Positions 32,130-43,630 of a stretch of 49,871 bases of DNA are shown in pieces (positions within the stretch are counted from its first letter, which is position 1; every line of letters starts with the position of its first letter). The notes beneath the pieces were generated by a model. That model was given only the letters and a program-made list of their open reading frames with translations, was not told the origin of the DNA and did no database searches. Source of the DNA: Roseateles sp. Its GTDB lineage: Bacteria; Pseudomonadota; Gammaproteobacteria; Burkholderiales; Burkholderiaceae_C. Position numbers and translations under genes: made by a program. The stretch spans positions 1 to 49,871 of the forward strand of contig JBBIVU010000001.1 in the NCBI GenBank assembly GCA_037439585.1, in the 5' to 3' direction.

Positions 32130-32726
32130 TTAGGCCTTCTTGTCCTCGCCGATCAGCAGCTTGGCGTCGGAGAGATACATGTGAGGGGGCACTTCAAGGT
32201 TGTCAGGCGCCGGCTTGTTCTTGAAGACGCGGCCTGCCATGTCGAAGGTGGAGCCGTGGCAGGGGCACAGGAAGCCGCCGTTCCAGTCGTCTGGCAGCGA
32301 GGGTTGGGCCCCCGACGCGAACTTGTCGCTGGGCGAACAGCCGAGGTGCGAGCAGATGCCCACCACCACCAGGTACTCGGGCTTGATCGAGCGGGCCCCG
32401 TTCTTGGCGTAATCGGGGATGGGGAACGCCTTGCGGTCGGAATTCGGATCCGCCAGCAGGCTGTCGTTCTTCTTGAGGGCCTCGACCTGCTCGGGCGTGC
32501 GGCGCACGATCCAGACCGGCTTGCCACGCCATTCGACGGTGAGCTTCTCGCCGGGCTTGATGCCGGAGATGTCCACCTCGACAGGGGCGCCAGCGGCCTT
32601 GGCGCGCTCGCTCGGGGCGAAAGTGCTGACGAAGGGCACTGCGGTCGCAACGCCACCAACGGCGCCTGCACAGCCGGTTGCAATCAACCAGGTGCGCTTG
32701 CCTTGGTCCACTTGCTGGTCACTCAT
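32130..32726 (-). CDS. petA: Rieske iron-sulfur subunit of the bc1 complex
   Basis: CSHLGC and CPCHGS Rieske motifs; WRGKPV. Confidence 0.97.
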   Translation of the reverse strand: MSDQQVDQGKRTWLIATGCAGAVGGVATAVPFVSTFAPSERAKAAGAPVEVDISGIKPGEKLTVEWRGKPVWIVRRTPEQVEALKKNDSLLADPNSDRKAFPIPDYAKNGARSIKPEYLVVVGICSHLGCSPSDKFASGAQPSLPDDWNGGFLCPCHGSTFDMAGRVFKNKPAPDNLEVPPHMYLSDAKLLIGEDKKA

Positions 32727-32901
32727 GAGGGTCCTCTAAAGAGACTTCTGATCAGGGGCAACTGCGGATTCTAGCGGACGCTCACCCAAGAGCCGGCCTA
32801 AGCGGCGTCCGGCGACCACAGGTTTACCCGGCTTCAAGCCTGCGACACTTGCCGCCACCATCCTGGGCAGCCGTCCCGGACAACTTCAAGCAGGAGCACG
32901 C

Positions 32902-33324
32902 GTGAGTTTCTTTTCCGAATTCAAGGAGTTCGCCGTCAAAGGCAATGTCGTCGACCTCGCCGTCGGCGTGATCATCGGCGGTGCGTTCGGCAAGATCGTG
33001 GATTCGCTGGTGGGTGACGTCATCATGCCGGTGGTCAGCAAGGTGTTTGGCGGCCTGGACTTCAGCAACTACTTCATCCCTCTGGCTGGCCAGACAGCCA
33101 ACACCCTGGCCGAAGCGAAGAAGGCCGGTGCGGTGCTCGCCTACGGCAGCTTCATCACGGTCTCCCTGAACTTCATCATCCTGGCGTTCGTGATCTTCCT
33201 GATGATCAAGCAGATCAACCGCCTGAAGCGCGAGCCCGACGCAGCCCCCGCGCCGGCCGAGCCTCCGCCCACGCCGGAAGACATCCAGCTGCTGCGTGAG
33301 ATCCGGGATTCGCTCAAACGCTGA
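32902..33324 (+). CDS. mscL: Large-conductance mechanosensitive channel
   Basis: [28 protein letters not shown] and [10 protein letters not shown]. Confidence 0.97.
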   Translation: MSFFSEFKEFAVKGNVVDLAVGVIIGGAFGKIVDSLVGDVIMPVVSKVFGGLDFSNYFIPLAGQTANTLAEAKKAGAVLAYGSFITVSLNFIILAFVIFLMIKQINRLKREPDAAPAPAEPPPTPEDIQLLREIRDSLKR

Positions 33325-33342
33325 GCCACTGTCCCCCTCGGC

Positions 33343-33375
33343 GCCCGGTAAGGAATGGTTACCGGGCTTTTTTTT
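33343..33375 (+). terminator. Intrinsic terminator after mscL
   Basis: GCCCGGTAA-GGAATGG-TTACCGGGC followed by T8. Confidence 0.9.
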
Positions 33376-33455
33376 GCCACCAATTTGGCAATCCATCGGA
33401 AACCCGCACAGGTGGCACGCGCGATACTTTGACGGCTGCCTGCGTCTATTGCTCG

Positions 33456-35864
33456 ATGAACGCGCCTGAGATACGCCTGAATCCACACCTTGAAGCCTCT
33501 CTGACCCGCATTCGCCTGGCGGGCGAGCAGGCCGCAGAGCGCTGCTCGGAAGGCTTGGGGCTGTCAGCACTTTCCGCGAGCCAGATCAGGCGGCGCGACG
33601 CGCTGCTTGCGGCTCAATTCGTGTTCAGGCAGCAACAGGCTGTGTTTTCCCAGCGGTTTGTACAGAGCATGCGCCGGCAGGTTGCCGCCGAACAGTCCGA
33701 GACACAAGCGGCCGCCGCGTCGACCGTCAAAAAAGATTGGGGCGAGTTGTCCCTCATGGACGACGACCAGGTCAACAAACTGGTCGCTGCCGACCGGATC
33801 GGCCTGGCCATCAGCCACCAGTGCGAGTGGGAATTGCGTGAGGTCGAGTCCTACGTGTCCAGCATCCAGATCGGCGAGCGCAACCCGCTGCGGCCCGAGC
33901 TGATCGCTCAAGGCCTGTTGGATGCCATCCAAAGCATCACCGACGACGCACAAACCCGCCAGACACTGACGGATGAACTGACACGGGCCCTGGCACAGGA
34001 GATGCGTGCCTGCTACGCCGACATCGCCGAGCTGCTGCGCTCGCGTGGCCTGCGCCCGCAGGACCTGCGCGTGCGCGCCACCCCCGACAGCGGCCGGTCC
34101 CGGCACGGCGGCCTGAGTGGCAACACCCAGCACGGCGAACTCGACAGCGGGCATGGCGCCATGTCCACGCGGGGCGGCTATGGCAACAGCTCGCACGGCG
34201 GCCTCGCCCACGGTGCTGGTGGCCGTGGCGGCGCCACCATGCGCGGGCCCGGCGGGCCCGGCATGGCGGGTGTGGGATTGGCAGGCAGTTTTGGTCGCGT
34301 AGAGCCGCAGATGATGGACCTGCTGCGCCGCTTGGCTCAGGCGTCCGCGTCCTTCGGCGGAGGCAGTCCGGACGGTGCCAGTTCCGGTCATTCTGGCCTG
34401 GATGCCCTCGGTGGAGAGCCCAGCAGTTGGGGCCAACTGCCGGTGCCAGCCAACCTGATCCACGAGCACCGGGACGAACTGCGCCAGCTCGCCACGGGCC
34501 GGCTGGACCACATGGTCATCGACGTCGTTGCCGGCCTGTTCGACCAGATCCTGTCCGACCCCAAGGTGCCGCCCCAGATGGCGCGCCTGCTGGCCCGACT
34601 GCAGTTGCCCGTGCTGCGTGTGGCCCTGGGTGACGAGACCTTTTTCTCGTCACGCCGCCACCCGGTGCGCCAGTTCGTGAACCGCATGGCCTCCCTGGCT
34701 TGCGCGTTCGATGATTTCAGCGACGACCCCGGCCGCTCGTTCCTGACGCACGTGCGTGACCTCGTCCAAGACGTCGCCAGCGGTGACTTCGACCGCATGG
34801 ACGTGTACACGGCCAAGCTGGACGAGCTCGAAGCCTTCATCACGGAGCAGACGCGCACGAGCCTGAAGGCCGCTGGTGACGCTGCCGCTGTCGTCGAGCG
34901 CCGCGAGACCGACCTGCGCCTGCAGCAGCGTTACGCCCTGCAGCTCCAGCAACAGCTGGCCCGCGTGCCCATGCAGGACTTCCTGCGTGACTTCCTGGCC
35001 CAGGTGTGGAGCCAGGCCATCGTGCTGGCCTCGCGCGAGGGTGCGCCAGAGCGGTGCCTGCGCCTGCGGCAGTTGGGGCGCAGCCTGGTGATGAGCGTGC
35101 AGCCCAAGGGCGGCACCGCAGCGCGCGCCGACTTCCTGCGCGAGCTGCCGAATCTCATGCGCACCCTCAACGAGGGCCTGGACCTGATCCGCTGGCCGGA
35201 CGGCCCGCGCAAGGACTTCTTCGGCGCTCTGCTGCCGGCGCATGCCGAGTCGCTGAAAGGCCAGGCCCCGAGTGCGCTCGATACCAACCTGCTCATCCGG
35301 CAACTCGACCGGATCTTCAGCACGGCCCCGCCCGTTGAAGCCGACCTGGCCAAATCGGTCGCCGGCGAATCCGCCCCGGGTGACCTGGACGCCGGCCAAC
35401 GTCTGACGCCCGCCGAGGCCAAAAGCCTGGGCCTGGTGGAGGAGTCGGGCGTCGACTGGAACGGCACGGTGGATGTGGACCTGTCCGGCAACGACGCAGC
35501 AACCGTTGCCCAGCCGCTGCAGGCCGTGGACATCTCCATCGACGGCTTGCCGGCCGCCGACAGCGCCGCCGAACCCACCAGCGGCGCCCTGCTGATGGAC
35601 AACCTGCAACTGGGCATCGCTTACCAGATGCACACCGGCGACCACTGGCAGAAGGTGCGGCTCGCTCACGTCAGTGCTGGCCGCAGCTTTTTCATCTTCA
35701 CACATGGCAGCCGCCACCAGGAAACAGTCACCATGACCGCCCGCATGCTGAAAAAGCTCTGCGAAGCCGGCCGCATGCGTGCCTACGAGCAGGCCCAGCT
35801 GCTGGAGCGCGCCACGGCACGCACCCGCGCTCAGCTGGCCGCACTGGGCAGTGGCGGGCGCTAA
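33456..35864 (+). CDS. DUF1631-family protein
   Basis: IDVVAGLFDQILSD, LARLQLPVLRVAL.D..FF....HPVR and NPLRPE motifs recalled for DUF1631. Start taken at ATG 33456. Confidence 0.78.
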   Translation: MNAPEIRLNPHLEASLTRIRLAGEQAAERCSEGLGLSALSASQIRRRDALLAAQFVFRQQQAVFSQRFVQSMRRQVAAEQSETQAAAASTVKKDWGELSLMDDDQVNKLVAADRIGLAISHQCEWELREVESYVSSIQIGERNPLRPELIAQGLLDAIQSITDDAQTRQTLTDELTRALAQEMRACYADIAELLRSRGLRPQDLRVRATPDSGRSRHGGLSGNTQHGELDSGHGAMSTRGGYGNSSHGGLAHGAGGRGGATMRGPGGPGMAGVGLAGSFGRVEPQMMDLLRRLAQASASFGGGSPDGASSGHSGLDALGGEPSSWGQLPVPANLIHEHRDELRQLATGRLDHMVIDVVAGLFDQILSDPKVPPQMARLLARLQLPVLRVALGDETFFSSRRHPVRQFVNRMASLACAFDDFSDDPGRSFLTHVRDLVQDVASGDFDRMDVYTAKLDELEAFITEQTRTSLKAAGDAAAVVERRETDLRLQQRYALQLQQQLARVPMQDFLRDFLAQVWSQAIVLASREGAPERCLRLRQLGRSLVMSVQPKGGTAARADFLRELPNLMRTLNEGLDLIRWPDGPRKDFFGALLPAHAESLKGQAPSALDTNLLIRQLDRIFSTAPPVEADLAKSVAGESAPGDLDAGQRLTPAEAKSLGLVEESGVDWNGTVDVDLSGNDAATVAQPLQAVDISIDGLPAADSAAEPTSGALLMDNLQLGIAYQMHTGDHWQKVRLAHVSAGRSFFIFTHGSRHQETVTMTARMLKKLCEAGRMRAYEQAQLLERATARTRAQLAALGSGGR

Positions 35865-36886
35865 AGCCTCGCGGTCTGCGCCAGGCGGCGGGCCATGTCC
35901 ACGGCCGCCCGCAGACTGGACGGGTCGGCCACGCCGCGGCCCGCGATGTCGAATGCGGTGCCGTGGTCGGGACTGGTGCGCACAAAAGGCAGGCCCAGCG
36001 TCACGTTGACGCCCTCCTCCACGCCCAGGTACTTGACCGGGATCAGGCCGTGGTCGTGCGTCATCGCCACCACCACATCGAACTCACCGCGGCGGGCGCG
36101 CATGAACACGGTGTCCGGTGCGAACGGTCCGGTCGCATCCATGCCGGCGGCGCGAGCCTCGGCAATGGCGGGTGCGATGTGCAGGACCTCCTCATCGCCG
36201 AACAGCCCCCCCTCCCCCGCATGCGGGTTCAGCCCGGCCACGGCAATGCGCGGCGCGGTGAAGCCCATGCGCTTGAGCGCGGCGTCCGTGATGCGCACCG
36301 TCTCCAGCACGGCCTCCCGCGTCACGCGGGTGATGGCCTCGCGCAGCGCGCAGTGGATGGTGACCAGCACCGTGCGCAGCTCCTCGTTGGCCAGCATCAT
36401 GCGCACCGGAACCCCGCCGGCCAGCGCCTGCAGCATCTCGGTGTGGCCCGGGTAGGGCGAGCCCGCCGCATGCAGGGCCTCTTTGTGGATGGGTGCCGTC
36501 ACCAGGCCTGCCACGTGGCCCGCCTGGATGAGCCCGACCGCCGCCTCGATGCAGCGTGCTGCAGCGGCGCCCGCACGGGCATCCACCCGCCCCTGCGGCG
36601 CAGCGGCCAGATCTGCCGGCAGGCCCTCGGGCTGCCACACCGGCAGGCAGCGCGGCGGCACGCGGTCCATCTCCTGCGGCCCTGCCAGCTCGGCCACGGC
36701 CAGCCCCCCACCCACGGCGGCGACCGCCCGCCTCATGACCACCACATCCCCCACCACCAGGGCATCCGGCGGTGAGCGCTGCTGCCAGAGCCGCGCAATG
36801 ATCTCGGGGCCGATGCCGCACGCGTCGCCCATGGTGATGGCCAGCGGCGGGGCGCCGGGGCGGCCTAGGGAGTTATCCGGGGTCAT
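35861..36886 (-). CDS. pdxA: PdxA-family dehydrogenase (4-hydroxythreonine-4-phosphate or threonate-4-phosphate)
   Basis: ITMGDACGIGPE, TAPIHKEA, PGHTE, GLNPHAGEGG and RTSPDHGTAFDIAG. Start uncertain; PdxA versus PdxA2 not resolved. Confidence 0.88.
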   Translation of the reverse strand: MTPDNSLGRPGAPPLAITMGDACGIGPEIIARLWQQRSPPDALVVGDVVVMRRAVAAVGGGLAVAELAGPQEMDRVPPRCLPVWQPEGLPADLAAAPQGRVDARAGAAAARCIEAAVGLIQAGHVAGLVTAPIHKEALHAAGSPYPGHTEMLQALAGGVPVRMMLANEELRTVLVTIHCALREAITRVTREAVLETVRITDAALKRMGFTAPRIAVAGLNPHAGEGGLFGDEEVLHIAPAIAEARAAGMDATGPFAPDTVFMRARRGEFDVVVAMTHDHGLIPVKYLGVEEGVNVTLGLPFVRTSPDHGTAFDIAGRGVADPSSLRAAVDMARRLAQTARL

Positions 36887-36959
36887 GCCCCATTCTTTCA
36901 TCACCCCCGAGGCCCGCTGGCAGACTGCCGCCCGGCCCATCACGCCGTGGAGACACCCC

Positions 36960-38768
36960 TTGCGCAAGACCCTCATTGCCACCCTGGCCGGCACGTTCAT
37001 CGCCAGCCTGCACCTGGCCGCACCCGCAGCCACCCCGCCGGCGCCGAAGGTGGCCACGTCGGCCGTCGACGCAGCAACCCCAGCCCACCAGGCCTTGCAA
37101 GCGCTCTTCGATGAGGCCTGGGATGCCGAGGCCCAGGCCGCCCCCGAGTGGGCCACCCTGCGCGGCGACCTGCGCTTCAACGACAAGCTCACCGATCGCT
37201 CCGCCACCGCCCTGGCCGTGCGCGACGCCTTCGCCCGCGACATGCTCGCGCGGGCCCGGCTGGTGAACGCCGGTCAGCTCAACGACACCGACCGCGTTTC
37301 GCTCGCCCTCTTCATCGCCCGCTACCAGCAGGAGGTGGCCCTGCAAGGCTTCGCCGGCTGGCGCACCCTCACGCTCGGCACCCTCAACGGGGCGCAGTCC
37401 GCGCTGGCGGGCTTTGCGCGCAACGTGCCCGTGAGCAACGAGGCGCAGGTGAAGCAGTGGCTCACCCGCCTGGCGGCCTACCCGGCCCGCGTGGATCAGG
37501 AGATTGCCATCCTGCGCCAGGGGCTGGCCTTGGGTTGGGTCACCGCCAAGCCGGTGCTGGCGCGCGCCATTGCCCAGCTGGAGGGCCAACTGCCCGAGGA
37601 CGTGGCCAAGAGCCCCGTCTACGAACCCTTCACGCGCATGGCGGTGGATGCCAGCGTCAAGGCCCACCTCCAGGCCCAAGGCCAGGCCGCCCTGCGCGAG
37701 CACTTCTACCCTGCGCAGCGCAAGCTGCTGGCCGTGCTCAAGGACGAACTGCAACCCAAGGCACCCGAGAGCGGCTCGCTCTCCAGCTACCCCGGTGGCG
37801 ACAAGGTGTACGAGGCGCTCATCCTGCGCAACGTCACCCTGCCGCTGGCGGCGGGCGACATCCACACCACCGGCCTGCGCGAAGCCGCCCGCATCCGCGC
37901 CGAGATGGAGAAGGTCAAGGCCGAGGCCGGCTTCGACGGCGACCTCGCCGCGTTCAAGAAGTTCCTCTACAGCGACCCCAAGTTCTTCAACCAGAGCGCC
38001 GACGAACTGCTGGACGGCTACCGCGCCATCGCCAAGCGCATCGACCCCGAGCTGCCCAAGCTCTTTGCCCAGCTGCCGCGCTCGCCCTACGGCATCCGCG
38101 GCATGCCGGCCTACACCGGCGAAGGCGCTGCCGACAACTACAACGGCCCCTCGCTGGACGGCACGACCGCCGGCTGGTTCAACGCCAACGCCATTGCCTT
38201 CAAGCGCCGGCCCAAGTGGGCGATGGAAACGCTGGTGGCCCACGAGACCGTGCCCGGCCACCACCTGCAAATCTCCCGGCAGGTGGAACTGGGCGAGCTG
38301 CCCAACTTCCGCCGCCAGTCGCAGTACTCGGTGTTCAGCGAAGGCTGGGGGCTATATGCCGAGACGCTGGGCCCGCAGATCGGCCTGTACCGGGACCCGT
38401 ACAGCCGCTTCGGCCACCTGCAGGCGCAGATGTTCCGCGCCGCGCGGCTGGTGGTGGACACCGGCATCCACGCGCTGGGCTGGAGCCGCGACAAGGCCAT
38501 CGCCTACATGATCGAACAGACCGGCCACGACCCCGTCTTCATGACGGCCGAGGTGGACCGTTACTACGCCCAGCCCGGCCAGGCGCTGAGCTACATGATG
38601 GGCAAGCTCAAGATCCAGGAACTGCGCGCCCGGGCGGAAGCCGCGCTGGGCGCGAGGTTCGACCCGCGGCGCTTCCACAACGCCGTCATCGACCAAGGCG
38701 CCATGCCGCTGCCGCTGCTCGATCAGCGCATCAACGCCTGGATCGCCAGCGAAAAGGCCCGGCCATGA
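36960..38768 (+). CDS. Exported DUF885-family protein (putative metallopeptidase)
   Basis: TTG start after GGAG, signal peptide; HETVPGHHLQ, EGWGLYAE, RAARLVVDTGIH, EVDRY and PGQALSY. Confidence 0.88.
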   Translation: MRKTLIATLAGTFIASLHLAAPAATPPAPKVATSAVDAATPAHQALQALFDEAWDAEAQAAPEWATLRGDLRFNDKLTDRSATALAVRDAFARDMLARARLVNAGQLNDTDRVSLALFIARYQQEVALQGFAGWRTLTLGTLNGAQSALAGFARNVPVSNEAQVKQWLTRLAAYPARVDQEIAILRQGLALGWVTAKPVLARAIAQLEGQLPEDVAKSPVYEPFTRMAVDASVKAHLQAQGQAALREHFYPAQRKLLAVLKDELQPKAPESGSLSSYPGGDKVYEALILRNVTLPLAAGDIHTTGLREAARIRAEMEKVKAEAGFDGDLAAFKKFLYSDPKFFNQSADELLDGYRAIAKRIDPELPKLFAQLPRSPYGIRGMPAYTGEGAADNYNGPSLDGTTAGWFNANAIAFKRRPKWAMETLVAHETVPGHHLQISRQVELGELPNFRRQSQYSVFSEGWGLYAETLGPQIGLYRDPYSRFGHLQAQMFRAARLVVDTGIHALGWSRDKAIAYMIEQTGHDPVFMTAEVDRYYAQPGQALSYMMGKLKIQELRARAEAALGARFDPRRFHNAVIDQGAMPLPLLDQRINAWIASEKARP

Positions 38769-39682
38769 ACGCAGCCTTCTACCCCGTCGGCACGCCCGGC
38801 CAGCCCTGGGGAGAGCCTGAGGTTCGCGCCTGGCGCGGCCGCCTCGTCAAGCAGCGCAGCTACGCCGACGACGTGCTCGCCGCCATCGCGCCGCTGCGCC
38901 AGCGCTTCGACGTGGCTGAGTACGGCGCGCTGCGCTGCGACGGCGAGCGCTTCCCGCTCGTGGCCGTGCGCAGCCGGGGCTGGCGCGACGACCTCCCCGT
39001 GCTCGTCGTCACCGGCGGCGTGCATGGCTACGAGACCAGCGGCGTGCACGGCGCGCTGCAGTACCTGCGCGAGCACGGCAGCAGCAGCGCCGGCCGCGCC
39101 AACCTGCTCGTGGTGCCCTGCGTCAGCCCCTGGGCCTACGAGCACATCCAGCGCTGGAACTTCGACGCGCTGGACCCCAACCGCAACTTCCGCGCCAGCA
39201 GCCCGGCGGGCGAGTCGGCCGCGCTCGTCGAGCTGCTGGCCCCGCTGCGCGGGCGCGTGCTGATGCACATCGACCTGCACGAGACGACCGACTCCGACGA
39301 ATCCGAGTTCCGCCCGGCCCTGGCCGCGCGCGACGGCCAGCTCTTCGAGCCCGGCGAGATCCAGGACGGCTTCTACCTGGTGGACGACGTGGACCACCCA
39401 CAGCCCGAGTTCCAGCGCGCCGTGATCGCCGCGGTGGCCCAGGTCACCCACATCGCCGAGCCTGACGCCCGCGGTCAGATCAACGCGTCGCCATTGCAGT
39501 CGCCCGGTGTCATCGAGTTCCCCGTGAGCCGCTGGAGCCTGTGTGCTGCCATCACCGGCGCGCGCTTCGCGACCACCACCGAGGTCTACCCGGACAGCCC
39601 CCAGGCCACGCCCGAGCAGTGCAACGCGGCCCAGGTGGCAGCGGTCCGGGCGGCGGTGGACTTCACCCTCGCCCAGGCCTGA
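38765..39682 (+). CDS. M14-like zinc carboxypeptidase / succinylglutamate desuccinylase family protein
   Basis: GGVHGYETSG (HxxE), DPNRNF, IDLHET and TTTEVYPD. ATGA overlap with the DUF885 gene. Confidence 0.88.
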   Translation: MNAAFYPVGTPGQPWGEPEVRAWRGRLVKQRSYADDVLAAIAPLRQRFDVAEYGALRCDGERFPLVAVRSRGWRDDLPVLVVTGGVHGYETSGVHGALQYLREHGSSSAGRANLLVVPCVSPWAYEHIQRWNFDALDPNRNFRASSPAGESAALVELLAPLRGRVLMHIDLHETTDSDESEFRPALAARDGQLFEPGEIQDGFYLVDDVDHPQPEFQRAVIAAVAQVTHIAEPDARGQINASPLQSPGVIEFPVSRWSLCAAITGARFATTTEVYPDSPQATPEQCNAAQVAAVRAAVDFTLAQA

Positions 39683-39689
39683 AGCGGCC

Positions 39690-40436
39690 TCAGGCCGGGT
39701 TGTCCACGTCGATGAACTGCCAGCTCAGGCCCAGGTCCTGTGCGACCTGGGCGCCCACGCCCTGCACGCCGTAGCGCTCGGTGGCGTGGTGGCCGGCGGC
39801 GATGAAGGCCACGCCGGTCTCGCGGGCGCAGTGCGCCTGGGGTTCTGAAATCTCGCCGGTGATGAACACGTCGGCGCCGGCGGCGATGGCCGATTCAAAG
39901 TAGCCCTGGGCGCCACCGCTGCACCAGGCCACGCGCCGCAGCGGGCGGCCATCGCCGGGCACCGCCGTCACCGGCCGGCCCAGCGCCTCGCGCAACTGCG
40001 CCTGCAGCGCGTCCAGCCCGGTGGGCGCCACGGTGGCCGTGAAGCCCAGGTCCTGCTCGCCGAAACGGCCGTCCGCCGTCCAGCCCAACCGCGCCCCGAG
40101 CTGGGCGTTGTTGCCCAGGCTGGGGTGCGCATCCAGCGGCAGGTGGTAGGCGAAGAGGTTGATGTCGTGCTGGATCAGGCGCGCCAGGCGCTGCTTCATC
40201 CAGCCGGTCACGCGGCCGTCCTGGCCGCGCCAGAACAGGCCGTGGTGCACCAGGATGGCATCGGCTTTGGCGGCGATGGCCGCATCGATCAGAGCCAGGC
40301 TGGCCGTGACGCCGCACACCAGGTGCCGCACCTCGGCACGGCCCTCAACCTGCAAACCGTTCGGCCCATAATCCTTGAAGCGCGCGGGCTCCAGCAACTG
40401 GTTCAGTCGGAGTTCCAGCGCGGCGCGATCGGTCAT
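39690..40436 (-). CDS. Nif3-like (YbgI) dinuclear metal protein
   Basis: DYGPNGLQVEG, LVHHGLFW, YHLPLDAH, FITGE and GHHATERYG. Confidence 0.93.
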   Translation of the reverse strand: MTDRAALELRLNQLLEPARFKDYGPNGLQVEGRAEVRHLVCGVTASLALIDAAIAAKADAILVHHGLFWRGQDGRVTGWMKQRLARLIQHDINLFAYHLPLDAHPSLGNNAQLGARLGWTADGRFGEQDLGFTATVAPTGLDALQAQLREALGRPVTAVPGDGRPLRRVAWCSGGAQGYFESAIAAGADVFITGEISEPQAHCARETGVAFIAAGHHATERYGVQGVGAQVAQDLGLSWQFIDVDNPA

Positions 40437-40457
40437 GGCTTGATGGAGATGTGGGTG

Positions 40458-41630
<1,173 letters not shown>

Positions 41631-41634
41631 CCGA

Positions 41635-42432
41635 TCAGGCCTGCGGCTTGTTCGCGTCGGCCTCTTCGGGCGCCTGCGTGCTGCGGATGAAACGGGCGGC
41701 GGCGAACAGGCCCACCTCGTAGAGCAGGCACATCGGGATGGCCAGCGCGAGCTGGGACACGATGTCAGGCGGTGTGATGACGGCCGCCACGATGAAGGCC
41801 ACCACGATGAAGTAGCCGCGCCACTCGCGCAGCTTGTCCACCGACACGATGCCCATGCGCGCCAGCACCACCACGATGACGGGCACCTCGAAGGCTGCGC
41901 CGAAGGCGATGAACATGTTCATCACGAAGCCGAGGTACGCCTCGATGTCGGGCGCCGCAGTGATGCTCTTGGGGGCGAAGCCCTGGATGAACTTGAAGAC
42001 CTGACCGAACACGAAAAAGTAGCAGAACGCCACGCCGGCAAAGAACAGCAGCGTGCTGCTCACCACCAGCGGCAGCACCAGGCGCTTCTCGTGCGAGTAC
42101 AGCCCCGGCGCGACGAAGGCCCAGGCTTGGTACAGCACCACCGGCAGCGCCAGCAGGAAGCCGGCCAGCATGGTGATCTTGAGCGGCACGAAGAACGGCG
42201 CGATGACGTTGGTGGCGATCATCTTGGTGCCTTCGGGCAGGTTCGCCACCAGCGGCGCGGCGAGCAGGTCGTACAGCTGGCCCGGCCCGGGGTAGAGGCA
42301 CAGCGCGCCGAAACACACGGCGACCGCGATGACCGCTCGCAGCAGCCGGTCGCGCAGCTCCATCAGGTGGGCGACGAAGGGCTGCTCGGTGCCGGCCAGC
42401 TCGTCGTGGTTGGGATTCTGGAAGGAGCTCAT
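41635..42432 (-). CDS. tatC: Twin-arginine translocase TatC
   Basis: HLMELRDRL, YQAWAFVAPGLY.HE, FEVP and TPPD. Confidence 0.96.
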   Translation of the reverse strand: MSSFQNPNHDELAGTEQPFVAHLMELRDRLLRAVIAVAVCFGALCLYPGPGQLYDLLAAPLVANLPEGTKMIATNVIAPFFVPLKITMLAGFLLALPVVLYQAWAFVAPGLYSHEKRLVLPLVVSSTLLFFAGVAFCYFFVFGQVFKFIQGFAPKSITAAPDIEAYLGFVMNMFIAFGAAFEVPVIVVVLARMGIVSVDKLREWRGYFIVVAFIVAAVITPPDIVSQLALAIPMCLLYEVGLFAAARFIRSTQAPEEADANKPQA

Positions 42433-42908
42433 GAACTGCGCTTCGGGGGGCGGAAGCGCGCCACGCGGGCTGCACCAGACTGGGTATGCCGCTTCACGCC
42501 GGCTTTCTGCTTGAACCACAGGGGCGTGGCGCCGCGCTTGAGCCGCCAGTTCTTCTTGGGGTGGTGGTACGCCGGCGGCGGAGCGATAGACGCGCCGGAT
42601 TCGTAAGCCAAGGCCTCGCCGCTGACGTCGCTCCAGGTCTGGTTGAGCGCCTGGCTGGCGGAGTCCACCTCCTGCCGCACGGTCTGCTCCACATCGCGCG
42701 CCGCCGTCTCGAACTGGGTCTTCATCTTCTGAAGCTCTTCCAGCTCGATGGAGCGGTTGACCTCGGCCTTCACGTCGGCCACGTAGCGCTGCGCCTTGCC
42801 CAGCAGAGTGCCCACCGTGCGGGCCACGCGCGGCAGCTTTTCGGGGCCGATGACGACCAGCGCCACCGCACCGATCAGCGCGATCTTGTCGAAACCGAAA
42901 TCAAGCAC
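42429..42908 (-). CDS. tatB: Twin-arginine translocase TatB
   Basis: LVVIGPEKLPRVAR; between tatA and tatC. Confidence 0.94.
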   Translation of the reverse strand: MLDFGFDKIALIGAVALVVIGPEKLPRVARTVGTLLGKAQRYVADVKAEVNRSIELEELQKMKTQFETAARDVEQTVRQEVDSASQALNQTWSDVSGEALAYESGASIAPPPAYHHPKKNWRLKRGATPLWFKQKAGVKRHTQSGAARVARFRPPKRSS

Positions 42909-42925
42909 TCGTCAGGCTCGGCTGC

Positions 42926-43162
42926 TCAAGACTTGGTCTTGGCGTCGACGTCGACGGTGTTGGGGTCGTTGACCTTGCTGGCCGTGACTTGCTGGGCCGG
43001 GGCGGCGGGGGCGTCCGGCGCGGTGCCGTCCTTCATGCCGTCCTTGAACCCCTTGACGGCCGCGCCGAGGTCAGAGCCGACGTTGCGCAGCTTCTTCGTG
43101 CCGAAGATGGCGATGACGACGACCAAGACGATCAGCCAGTGCCAAATGCTGAATGAACCCAT
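42926..43162 (-). CDS. tatA: Twin-arginine translocase TatA
   Basis: [12 protein letters not shown]...[14 protein letters not shown]. Confidence 0.96.
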   Translation of the reverse strand: MGSFSIWHWLIVLVVVIAIFGTKKLRNVGSDLGAAVKGFKDGMKDGTAPDAPAAPAQQVTASKVNDPNTVDVDAKTKS

Positions 43163-43282
43163 GATGTTGACTCCTTGAGGACTGGCTCAAATTCTAGGTG
43201 AGGGGCATGACATGCCGGCGCTTGCGCCGGGCGGATGCCAAAGCAGGCGCTGCGCTTCGCCCCGTTCAAATGGGGGCGGCGT

Positions 43283-43630
43283 TCAGCCCTTCAACCACGG
43301 GCGCGGGCCGCCCATCACGTGCAGGTGCAGGTGGAACACCTCCTGCCCGCCGTCCCGCCCGGTGTTGATGACGTGGCGGAATCCGTTCGTCACGCCCAGC
43401 TCCTTCATCAGCCTGGGGCCCAGGGCCACCATCTTGCCCAGCAACAGGCTCTCGGCCTCGGTCACGTCGGCCAGGGAGGCGATGTGGCGCTTGGGGATGA
43501 TGAGCAGGTGCACCGGTGCCCAGGGGTTGATGTCGTGGAAGGCCAGGACGTCTTCGTCCTCGAAGGCCTTCTTGCTCGGGATCTGCCCGGCGACGATCTT
43601 GCAGAAGATGCAGTTCGGGTCTGCGCTCAT
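43283..43630 (-). CDS. Histidine triad (HIT) nucleotide-binding protein
   Basis: CIFCKI, AFHDINP.AP.H and QEVFHLHLH. ATG at 43630. Confidence 0.94.
   Translation of the reverse strand: MSADPNCIFCKIVAGQIPSKKAFEDEDVLAFHDINPWAPVHLLIIPKRHIASLADVTEAESLLLGKMVALGPRLMKELGVTNGFRHVINTGRDGGQEVFHLHLHVMGGPRPWLKG

Noticed and set aside
37148-39682. 844-aa ORF and other long N-terminal extensions (e.g. 809-3382, 3201-4703, 39690-41477, 47885-49318)
   Set aside because: The extensions overlap real genes in other frames; family motifs begin at the internal starts reported.
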